The notes below the pieces were generated by a model that was given only the letters and a program-made list of their open reading frames with translations, was not told where the DNA came from and made no database searches. This document shows positions 55,301 through 64,000 of a stretch of DNA of 64,000 bases, one piece after another. The translations under genes and the position numbers were made by a program. The stretch is taken from contig MCFE01000111.1 in assembly GCA_002104905.1 (NCBI GenBank), positions 104,004-168,003 on the forward strand. The letters are read 5' to 3'. Every line of letters begins with the position of its first letter. The first letter of the stretch is position 1. This DNA comes from Basidiobolus meristosporus CBS 931.73. Its lineage: Eukaryota; Fungi; Basidiobolomycota.

Positions 55301-57163
55301 ATGGTAGTGAATATCCGTTGGATGTTGAGAGGCTCATATGCAGTGGTAATGGCTGCGTACACACAAAGAGTGGCGAAGGTGGAAAAGGGCACGACCGAGT
55401 TCATAAGCACACAAACGAAGGTGAACCAGTAGTAGGACAATCGCAGGTTGTTCAACTGCTCCATCCGAGCCTTCTCAATCTTCTCTACAAAGTAACGCTC
55501 CCAAGCATAGAGTTTGATGGATTTCACGAAGGTAACCAGCTCTGAAATGAGCTTCATGCGCTTGTCCGAGCTCTGCATCATGGCCCCTTGATGCTTTGAA
55601 AAGTAAGGTGTCGCAACGGCACAGGTGATCATCATGACAATCAGCACAACAATGCTGGCAAAGACAGCAAGACGGACTTGGGTGTACAAGAGCACAAGTA
55701 CCACGATAACCTCTACAGCGCAGCTCCAGGTAAGATGGATCAGCTGGAAGAGGTTTACGAGGTTGTCAGCATCGGTGCTCATATGGTTCACAATCGATCC
55801 CATGCCTTCCTGTTTGTTTGTGCAGCTGAGGCGTAAGGCTTTTCTGTAGATTAGCGTGATTAAGACACTGCGGACCTTTAGGCTAGACTTGTAGCAGATA
55901 TTTTGGTACTGGCCGTCGAACAAACTACTCAAGACCGCCGTAGTAAATATGGTAATCAACAGTCCATATCCGACCCAGGGCTCCTGTAGTCGAGTTTCAC
56001 TAAGCTTTTCCGCCGAGCTGTAACTTGTTACGAAAGCGATCAGGTTGGAGAATAAGGCGGGGCGTACGTAGAGTGCGCAAATATACAGCACTCTGGGGAC
56101 CACAGCGAACATAAAGTCATAACCAACCGCATGCAAGACTGTTCTGATTAGATTAATTTTTCCTCTCTCGACCTGAGGGGCAAAGCCTTTCTCTTCTGTA
56201 TCCTTGATCTGCTGGAATGCAATGGCCTCATCAGCATCCACCTTGGCCTTGGAGGCCAGGTACAGCGGATATGAGAGAAACTTTGGATGAACACTATAAA
56301 TATCCTCCATCTTTAACGTCTTTTTCCTACCCAGTTTCAACAATGGTAGCACCCAAAAGAATGTGACCTTGGTAAAATAGTTGGACGCCGGCTCAGGAGA
56401 TGGGTTTGTTTGGATTAAGAGATCGGTGTTGGGACGCTTGAGCACACTGCGGTTAGGCTTTGGGATATTCTCAAGCAGGAAGACTACAAACGCCAGGATA
56501 GTGAAGACGAGTTTGAGCAGGGGCTCTATGTCGTGGAGACCATTTGGCGAGGCCAAGGTCCAGGACCTGGTAGGGAAGATGGAGATCAACCAAGTGGCGA
56601 GCCAGTAGAGAATAAGACCATCAGAAGGATGGGTCATGTTGAAGAATTCAAAATAGTCCAAAATGGCCGCCCCGGTCTGTTTTCAGAAGATTGAAAGTGG
56701 TTTGAGTTGAGGGCGGTGCAAAATTGAACCGAAAACAATGCATATTACTTACAATGGATAGCAAGTAAAAGACGGTTGAGAGCACCGCGGACGTTTGGAA
56801 CCCTTCAATGCGCGTCACAATCACGATTAATAGAGCCAATTGGACCGAAAATGCCGCAAAGACTGCCAGAAATTTGGCATATAACACTGTGTTGGTTTGA
56901 ACACCTTCCAGATGGCCCTTGCCAATAATATAGCGAAGGCGTGGTAATAGGATAATAAGCAGAACCACGCTTGGAATTAACGTGATGATACTAAAGGTCG
57001 ATTCAAAAGGGAGTTAGAAATCCACTGAGAACACTCACCTTCGGAGAACTAGTAATGGACTGGTGTGCCATACGTACCAATCTTGAAAGCATATTGTAAA
57101 ATCCATCGGTCGCTTGGAACTAAAGACAGCCCATCCCTCTGAGTCACAGAAGGCGGTTGCCAT
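52322..57163 (-). CDS. ABCC/MRP (Ycf1-like) ABC transporter with TMD0; introns ~56992-57077, 56677-56752 and ~54564-54625
   Basis: N-terminus FCDSEGW..DFTICFQDC. NBD1 GRVGEGKSSL and GINLSGGQKQR. NBD2 GRTGAGKSS, NMSLGQRQL and LDEATAAID. Also TIAHRINTI. Confidence 0.93.
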
Positions 57164-57639
57164 GATACTGAATGAAGCGAGTATATGAAAGGTGTGTCAA
57201 ATTATACAATTTGGCCCTTTATTCTCCAAAAAATTCAAGGAGCGAGGACTACTATTGTATGTATATTGATAAGGGCGCTGTTCCGTCTGATCCTCTAAAT
57301 GAAGGCTAATTTCTGAGTGATTATGAACCATCTGCTCTATTCTGTCAGTGGGTGACGTTATTGAAAATCCGCTCCATTAGATTTTGGCAGGAGGAATGCA
57401 GTCCTATGCACCACAAAAGCTCCTACATACTGCAGTCTTGTCGCTCTTTACTGCATGTTATCTGCAGGTGATGATTCTCGATTAGGCTCTGGAATTTCTG
57501 ATCCGCTGGTTGTGAAACTCAGAAATGATATATATATTGTTGAATACTTATCATGCAACTTTCTCCTACAAATATCTCTAAAAAACTGCTCACTAAACCA
57601 ACAATATATTTCACGTTTTGTGATGGATCTTTGTTAGAT

Positions 57640-59386
57640 CCTATGAAGTATTTGACTGCTTATCAACATTGACATGATCCATAGAATAAGTCGCATGGGC
57701 AACTGCACAAGTGGAACAGCCGATGGCTTTACCTCCTTGAAAGCTCGGTTAAATATGAAAAATGCCTCATTGTTTCTTGTTCTTCCTTCGTTTGGATCAC
57801 TTCCGCACCATCATTCGGAGAATTTATGCTTATGCAAGTAGCATTGGCCCCTGAACTGATGCTATATTTGCCAGGCACATGATGTGGATTGCATTGATTA
57901 ATCGCCCAGATAGAAAAGCTTATTGAAAGCAAGGCTCTTCTCATTTCTTGATCAACATGGACTTCACAGATTATTTATGGTATAGAAGATTCAAGAATAT
58001 TCTGAAAATTCCCATTTTTGAAGTCCCTTCCCAAGAATATCAAGCAATCATTGTTCTCTATCAGATCAGATCAACTGTTGATGCCTTCAATGAATACTTG
58101 CTTAGAGAAGGGAGTGTGAGAGAAAAAGACATGCCACCATAATTCTTTGGTCAAAATTATTGGTCCAATTTTAGATGATGTTGTTGGAACTGAAGGTTTG
58201 GGGTAATTTGGTCAAGTTCAATTGCTTTATTAACTGTACCTTGGCCCATCCTTCAGTTAATAAATCATCATCTAGCAGTTATTAAAGTATAAACCAACAC
58301 CATATGATTAGATTTAGTACCAAGCTCATCAGTGTACATATAAGTTCCCTAATCAAAGAGCAACCAGCAAACATGTGAATATGAAACTGCTCCAATAATG
58401 ACCAACACAGGAGGCAGATAGGATATTATCTGCCAAATGCCACATAGCTGGCCTGGCATATACTTGCTTTTTCTTGAATAAGCTAATACAACACTAAGGC
58501 TTTAAACCAAAAATAATAGAGTACCAATTGATGTAATATGCTATATAAACTAGCAAGTTCAATGAGAAAACATAAATGACAGCATGATATTGCAATTTAT
58601 CATTAAACAATACCAGAGTTGGTGGATTCAGTGATTAGCCATATTGGAATCTAACTCAGAGTGATGTCAATGTCTACACCACCAAAGAACTGTGAGGGCT
58701 AACCCTATCAGAACAACTGCAGTCAGGTGCTTCTAGCCCAAGATATATAAGCATGCTTGTGGACTAGTACCTTAGGGTTAGGGGGAGACAGTCACCAACA
58801 GGTGAAATCTTTATTTCAGTTGAAACAAAGAAGCCAGCACTACTGTTGTAGCTTTGATACAAGAGTGTGTAGCTGAGGGGAACTTGTAGGTAAGTTAATA
58901 AGAAGTGATGATAGTTCTTCAGTGCTCAAGTCACTGTTCAGTGGGAAGGGGGGTAGCAGGAGAGGTAAGAATGAATTGTGAACAACATTATGAGGGGAAT
59001 GTGATAAGGATTGATATTCATCATAAAGGGAGTGTGCTGCTGCAGATATTGCTGCCAAAGATCTGTCAAGTACTTCAGGTTGGCCAGCTTGGGTTTTTCT
59101 GACTGCAGAATAAATTCAGCAAACTTCTTGACTTCAGGATCTCCAAGTATAGTTCTCCAGCAGGAGCCAGGTGTTGTGTGGTGTGTTCACTTCCAGGCCT
59201 TAATCAGTGGGTTGTTGCAGTTGTGAAGTCTGGGGTATAATCTGGTTCTAAGGTAGAGAAGTCTGATTTTATAGGGCATAAACCCAAAAGCACCAAGAAT
59301 AGCATGTCTGTAGGGGCATTCAGGCAAATGAGGCACCAAGGAGGTAATGCACCATACTGCAAACTTGTCAAGCTTAGTGCAGTCTC
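57640..59386 (-). mobile_element. CpG-free degenerate relic, unclassified, possibly a Mutator-like transposase remnant; target of the copia insertion
   Basis: No CG dinucleotide seen from 57905 to 59636. Frames are broken by many TGA/TAA stops. The minus-strand fragment RDFKNGNFQNILESSIP*IICEVHVDQEMRRAL loosely fits the MULE D..P..CxxH pattern. Confidence 0.35.
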
Positions 59387-59735
59387 TGTTGTAAGAGTCT
59401 TGGAGATATTGGAAGTGATTGGGAGAACAAGTAGATTATGTGGTTTTCACTTAATGATTTATTGAATGTAAAAGTGGTATTTATACTTATACCTGGTCTT
59501 GGCATTACAAACACATAGAATAGGTTAAGGAAGGTCCCAAGAACATGTATGCAAAGTTTGGGGCTGTTTGGACAACTTTGAGAATTTTCATGTTCTGGGT
59601 ACCTGGTATTTTGGTGAAAATATTCTAAGTAAATCCCGACAAGGAATTTGGTCAGTATTCTCTAGGATTGGAAGGTGATGATCTAAGTGACTAAGTTAGG
59701 TGAATATTTAGGTGGAAATACAAATTTTTACAACA
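59387..59735 (-). repeat. 3' LTR (349 bp), TGTTGTAA...TTACAACA
   Basis: 8-bp terminal inverted repeats. TATAAATA and AATAAA in element sense. Three differences from the other LTR over the 278 visible bp. Confidence 0.95.
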
Positions 59736-59744
59736 CTCCCACTC
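59736..59744 (-). other. Polypurine tract GAGTGGGAG
   Basis: Purine run abutting the 3' LTR on the element strand. Confidence 0.85.
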
Positions 59745-59746
59745 AG

Positions 59747-62700
59747 CTAAATGTTCATACTGACTAGTCCTAATTTTGACCTAAGATATTCAAACTTGTC
59801 TCTAGCTAATGGTTTGGTAAATATGTCTGCAATCATTTCATCTGTAGAACAGTAAACTAAGCTAACTAAGTTATTCTCTATAGCTTCACATATGAAATGA
59901 TGTCTAATATCTATGTGTTTGGTTCTATCATGAAAAGTTGGATTTCTACCTAATTGTATACATCCTTGATTATCTTGAAATAAAGTAATAGGCGTTTTTT
60001 GACATAGGCCTAAATCTGCAAAGAGCTTTCTTAACCACATTGCTTCTTTAGTAGCTTCACAGGCTGCCATATACTCTGCCTCTGTAGTAGAAAGTGCTAT
60101 GGTTGGTTGCTTTCTTGAATTCCGTGAAATTGCTCCTTTACAGTAAAGAGAGGTGTATCCTGTGGTGGATCTTCTGTCTTCCAAATTTCGTCCCCAATCA
60201 GCATCAGAGTATCCCACAAGATCCTGTTCTGAATCCTTATAAGTGTATCTTAAGCAGATATCAGCAGTTCCTTTTAGGTATCTAAAAATCCGCTTAACTG
60301 CTGCAATATGATCAGATCCATAATTCTGATTATGTTGGCTGACAACTCCCACTGAATATGAGATATCTGGACGTGTTCCAAGCATGATATACATCAAACT
60401 GCCGACCATAGATTGATAAGGAAAGTCAGGGCTTTCAGATGGCACCAAGCTCTCTTGATTTGGTTGAGTTTTGACCAAGTTAAGGTTTGTCTCCATTGGG
60501 GTAGCTGCCGGTTTACAGTCTTCCATTTTGTACTTCTTTAGTATATCTTGAATATACTTGGATTGGCTTAGGGTAATAGTCTGGGTACTTCTGTCTATGG
60601 AGAACTTAATCCCTAAGTAGTAACTGAGTTCTCCTAAATCAGACATCTTGAACTCCTTAGATAGGCTGGATTTAGTCTCTTCCAGTGTTTCTAGGTTATT
60701 GGCAGCTATAATAAGATCATCCACATATAGAGCTAATAGAACTGGATTTGCTCTATCTGGCTTATAGTATATACTATAGTCAGCATTACTTCTTTTGAAA
60801 CTCAAGGATTCCAAATAAGAATCTATCTTGCAATTCCAGGCTCTTGGTGATTGTTTGAGACCATATAGTGACTTTTTAAGCTTGCAGCCCAAATGGGGGT
60901 TATCTTGGTCAACAAGCCCATCAGGCTGGTCCATATACATGTCCTCATCAAGTTCTCCATTCAAAAATGCAGTTTTTACATCCATTTGATGAATAAAAAA
61001 CTTATATTTGGCTGCAATAGCAAATATTAATCTGATGGAATTAAACTTGGCTACCGGTGCAAAGGTCTCAGTATAGTCAAGTCCTTTTGTTTGAGAGTAT
61101 CCTTTGGCTACAAGTCTTGATTTGTATCTTTCAATTGTACCATCAGCCTTGTATTTTGTCTTGAAGACCCATCTGCATCCAATTGATTTTCGGTTGATTG
61201 GTAATTTGACTAAGTCCCAAGTTTGATTTTCCATTAGGGCCCAATATTCATCAGTCATTGCAGATCTCCAAAACTTTGTCTGAGGGCTATTTAGGGCCTC
61301 TTTTACAGTCTGAGGTTCATCAATATGGACTGAATAGGCATAGGCTAAGTTTGCACCCTCATTAATATAGTAATCTGGGCTATTTCTTGGCCGATTTGAT
61401 CTCCGGGCATTTGATACTGGAATGATCACTTCTGGGATACTCCTGGGCACTGATTCTGGCTGAACCACGGTTGTCGAGTCCTCTGGAGTGAAAAAATTCT
61501 CATTGTTTTGCTCTGATTCAATCCTGACAATTGGTGGACTTGATATCAAATTTTCGTCATCATCTGATGTCATTTTTTGTGAAAATTTTGAATTTTCATC
61601 AAACAACACATCCCTGGACTTGATAAGCTTCTTTGCTTTGGTATTGTAGAGTCTGTATGCCTTACTCTCATTGCAGTAGTCCAAAAATATGCATTTTACA
61701 CTTTTTGGCTCAAATTTTGACTGATTTCTGGCCAGTTTTTTGGCATATGCTGTACACCCAAATATTCTTAGATGTTCTGCACTTGGTCTGTATCCATACC
61801 ATGCTTCAAATGGAGTAGAATCACGAAGTATTCTGTTATAACTCCTATTTTTAAGGTATACAGCAGTGGCAACTGATTCTGCCCAAAAATCATAGGATAA
61901 TTTTTGATCATGGATCATAGATCTTGCCATATCAATTAGTGATCTGTTAGCTTGTTCTGCTACTCCATTTTGCTGTGGGGAGTATGGTACAGTAGTCTCT
62001 TGCTTTATCCCATGAATTTTGCAGAAGTGGATGAAGAGTTTTGAGGTATATTCTCCACCATTGTCAGAGCGTATTTTCTTGATTTTTTCACCAGTTTCTC
62101 TCTCCACCATGGCTTTAAACTCCCTGAACTTAGACAGAGCTTCTTCCTTTCTCTCCATGAAGTAGACCCATGTGTATCTTGTATAATCATCAATAAAAGT
62201 GATTAAATACTTCATCCCACCTAAGGATAAATTTTGCATAGGTCCACACAGATCTGAGTGAATTAGATCTAATTTTTTCTTAGTTTTGATTAACCCAGAG
62301 CTCTTGAACAGTTGTCTGGCTTGTTTCCCATATATGCAGGCTTCACAGTGCTCCAAATTAGCTGGGGGATCAATTTTCACTCCAGAAATTAGCTGAACTT
62401 TGATCATTTTACGCAAATAATCAAAATTGATGTGTCCAAATCTCCTGTGCCAAAGCATTGGTGTTTCTTCATTTAAGTTACTTATATTGGCTTCCAGATA
62501 TGATGGAATATAAGTCAACTTGTATAGATTCTGATCTCTGATGCCCGAAGCAATATAGGCACCATTTTGATCAGTGATCCTGCATCCAGAATTGTCAAAA
62601 CTGAAACTGAGTCCTTCTGCTGTGGCCTTGCTTACAGAGAGTAGGTTCTTGGCTATTTCTGGTACATAGAGTACTTCTTTAAAGGTGAGTGTATGGCTTC

Positions 62701-63718
62701 CTTCACTGCTTCTAAGGTTTACTTGGATAGTTCCTTCTCCCACTGCATCAAGTGTTCTATTGTCACCCACAAAAACCTTCTTAATTGGAATTTCTTGATA
62801 TTGGGTAAAAAGTTCTTTTTGGTGTGTAAAGTGTTGAGAAGCTCCAGAGTCAATATACCACGTCTGAGAATCCTTGTTTGTGGTCATATTTAGTGCAGAT
62901 ATGAATAGTCTGTCTTCAGTTGTTGCAGCATTTCCATATTCAGGCTTCTTTTGCTGATAATCTCTCTTTTTGAAACACCGGACTGATGTGTGTCCTTTCC
63001 TTTTGCAGTAGTTGCAAAATAGGTTGCTGTTGCCTTTGTAGGGTCTTGGGTACCTCCTTTGTTGGTTATCATCGCTTATTAAAGCATTTTCTTCTTCCTT
63101 CTTATTGACGCTTGATTTTCTTAATTCTTCATCCAGGAGCCTTCCATATACATAATTTAAGGTCAAATCTTCAGTTCTGGACTCTAGGGCTGATACAAGG
63201 CCCTGAAACTTGTCTGTCAGGCTATTCAGGATGGCAACTATCACATCCTCATCAGTAGTTGGTACGCCCACAGATTCCATCTCATCTACCAGCAGGGTAA
63301 TTCTGTTAATTAGATTTTTCATTTCTTCTCCTGGCAGCATCTTTGTAGTAAAGAATTTTCTTCTCAGATACATTTTCTTGGCAGCTGAACATGACTGGTA
63401 GGTGTCTTCTAATGCCTTCCAGGCATTCTTTGCCGTTTTTGCTCTTGAGCATTGAATTAGCAATTTGTCCTTGACATTAAAGCAAATGCAGTTAAAGGCA
63501 CTTTGTTCTTTCTTCTGGTACTTTAAGGCTTCCTCTCCCACGTTTCTAGGAGGGCATTCTTCTCCCATGACAATATCCCAAAGGCCTCTTTCTTGTAGCA
63601 GCATCTTCATCTTCACCTTCCACACTTGGTAGTTAGAGCCATCCAGCTTTTCAGCAGAGGGAAAAATTCCAGTAATAGCAGTAGTAGACATTGCAGAGAG
63701 TGACAGCTTGGGGCTCAT
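59747..63718 (-). CDS. Copia gag-pol polyprotein (Gag, zinc knuckle, protease, integrase, RT, RNase H)
   Basis: KLDGSNYQVW, CNYCKRKGHTSVRC, WYIDSGASQH, LWHRRFGH..CEAC, IHSDLCGP, IRSDNGGEY, MDVKTAFLNG, LYGLKQSPR, LYVDDL, YSDADW and KHIDIRHH. Uninterrupted frame; first internal ATG at 63718 and next at 63691. Confidence 0.95.
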   Translation of the reverse strand: MSPKLSLSAMSTTAITGIFPSAEKLDGSNYQVWKVKMKMLLQERGLWDIVMGEECPPRNVGEEALKYQKKEQSAFNCICFNVKDKLLIQCSRAKTAKNAWKALEDTYQSCSAAKKMYLRRKFFTTKMLPGEEMKNLINRITLLVDEMESVGVPTTDEDVIVAILNSLTDKFQGLVSALESRTEDLTLNYVYGRLLDEELRKSSVNKKEEENALISDDNQQRRYPRPYKGNSNLFCNYCKRKGHTSVRCFKKRDYQQKKPEYGNAATTEDRLFISALNMTTNKDSQTWYIDSGASQHFTHQKELFTQYQEIPIKKVFVGDNRTLDAVGEGTIQVNLRSSEGSHTLTFKEVLYVPEIAKNLLSVSKATAEGLSFSFDNSGCRITDQNGAYIASGIRDQNLYKLTYIPSYLEANISNLNEETPMLWHRRFGHINFDYLRKMIKVQLISGVKIDPPANLEHCEACIYGKQARQLFKSSGLIKTKKKLDLIHSDLCGPMQNLSLGGMKYLITFIDDYTRYTWVYFMERKEEALSKFREFKAMVERETGEKIKKIRSDNGGEYTSKLFIHFCKIHGIKQETTVPYSPQQNGVAEQANRSLIDMARSMIHDQKLSYDFWAESVATAVYLKNRSYNRILRDSTPFEAWYGYRPSAEHLRIFGCTAYAKKLARNQSKFEPKSVKCIFLDYCNESKAYRLYNTKAKKLIKSRDVLFDENSKFSQKMTSDDDENLISSPPIVRIESEQNNENFFTPEDSTTVVQPESVPRSIPEVIIPVSNARRSNRPRNSPDYYINEGANLAYAYSVHIDEPQTVKEALNSPQTKFWRSAMTDEYWALMENQTWDLVKLPINRKSIGCRWVFKTKYKADGTIERYKSRLVAKGYSQTKGLDYTETFAPVAKFNSIRLIFAIAAKYKFFIHQMDVKTAFLNGELDEDMYMDQPDGLVDQDNPHLGCKLKKSLYGLKQSPRAWNCKIDSYLESLSFKRSNADYSIYYKPDRANPVLLALYVDDLIIAANNLETLEETKSSLSKEFKMSDLGELSYYLGIKFSIDRSTQTITLSQSKYIQDILKKYKMEDCKPAATPMETNLNLVKTQPNQESLVPSESPDFPYQSMVGSLMYIMLGTRPDISYSVGVVSQHNQNYGSDHIAAVKRIFRYLKGTADICLRYTYKDSEQDLVGYSDADWGRNLEDRRSTTGYTSLYCKGAISRNSRKQPTIALSTTEAEYMAACEATKEAMWLRKLFADLGLCQKTPITLFQDNQGCIQLGRNPTFHDRTKHIDIRHHFICEAIENNLVSLVYCSTDEMIADIFTKPLARDKFEYLRSKLGLVSMNI

Positions 63719-63722
63719 AACC
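63711..63722 (-). other. Primer binding site GGTTATGAGCCC, half-tRNA(iMet) type
   Basis: Directly follows the 5' LTR (CAACA|GGTTATGAGCCC), the arrangement known from Ty5 and Drosophila copia. Confidence 0.8.
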
Positions 63723-64000
63723 TGTTGTAAGAGTCTTGGAGATATTGGAAGTGATTGGGAGAACAAGTAGATTATGTGGTTTTCACTTAATGATTTATTG
63801 AATGTAAAAGTGGTATTTATACTTTTACCTGGTCTTGGCATTACAAACATGTAGAATAGGTTAAGGAAGGTCCCAAGAACATGTATGCAAAGTTTGGGGC
63901 TGTTTGGACAACTTTGAGAATTTTCATGTTCTGGGTACCTGGTATTTTGGTGAAAATATTCTAAGTAAATCCCGACAAGGAATTTGGTCAGTATTCTCTA
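63723..64000 (-). repeat. 5' LTR, partial (runs off the window)
   Basis: Matches 59387-59664 with 3 differences. Confidence 0.95.

Larger units (their letters stand above)
59387..64000 (-). mobile_element. Ty1/copia LTR retrotransposon; 5' LTR truncated by the window end
   Basis: Paired LTRs, PBS, PPT and a single gag-pol ORF in copia domain order. Confidence 0.97.

Noticed and set aside
63719-63850. 44-aa N-terminal extension of gag-pol in the ORF track
   Set aside because: It lies within the 5' LTR/PBS, so it is not a plausible part of Gag.
1-64000. tRNA, rRNA or snoRNA genes
   Set aside because: No cloverleaf with a GTTCRA T-loop, no rRNA-like segment and no convincing C/D or H/ACA pair were found by eye. 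tRNAscan-SE and Infernal would be decisive.

Overview
Eukaryotic, gene-dense fungal DNA with short (~55-90 nt) GT-AG introns. The gene content suggests an early-diverging fungus (Zoopagomycota/Mucoromycota-like, reminiscent of Basidiobolus); this is inference and unconfirmed. Bases 1-37.5 kb are mostly housekeeping genes: RINT1/TIP20 3' end, PKA catalytic subunit, carnitine acetyltransferase, two LysP-like permeases, RRN11-like, P2C-type ATPase, COX7, ANKRD13-like, DUF726/TMCO4, thioredoxin, PCH2, ELP5, YOS9, MOCS2B, TRAP-alpha, TPX2-like and UTP14. This part also holds an orphan secreted Gly/Gln/Ser-rich modular repeat protein (900-2741). Bases 38.5-64 kb form an accessory region. It contains a five-copy tandem array of TDT/SLAC1 (SSU1/MAE1-like) anion-efflux genes showing gene conversion, a nearly CpG-free island with solo LTRs (one nested in another, with perfect 5-bp TSDs), an ABCC/MRP transporter, a CpG-free relic, and a young, ORF-intact Ty1/copia element with a Ty5/copia-type half-tRNA(iMet) primer site that runs off the window end. 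All family assignments come from motif recognition by eye; no database searches were run.
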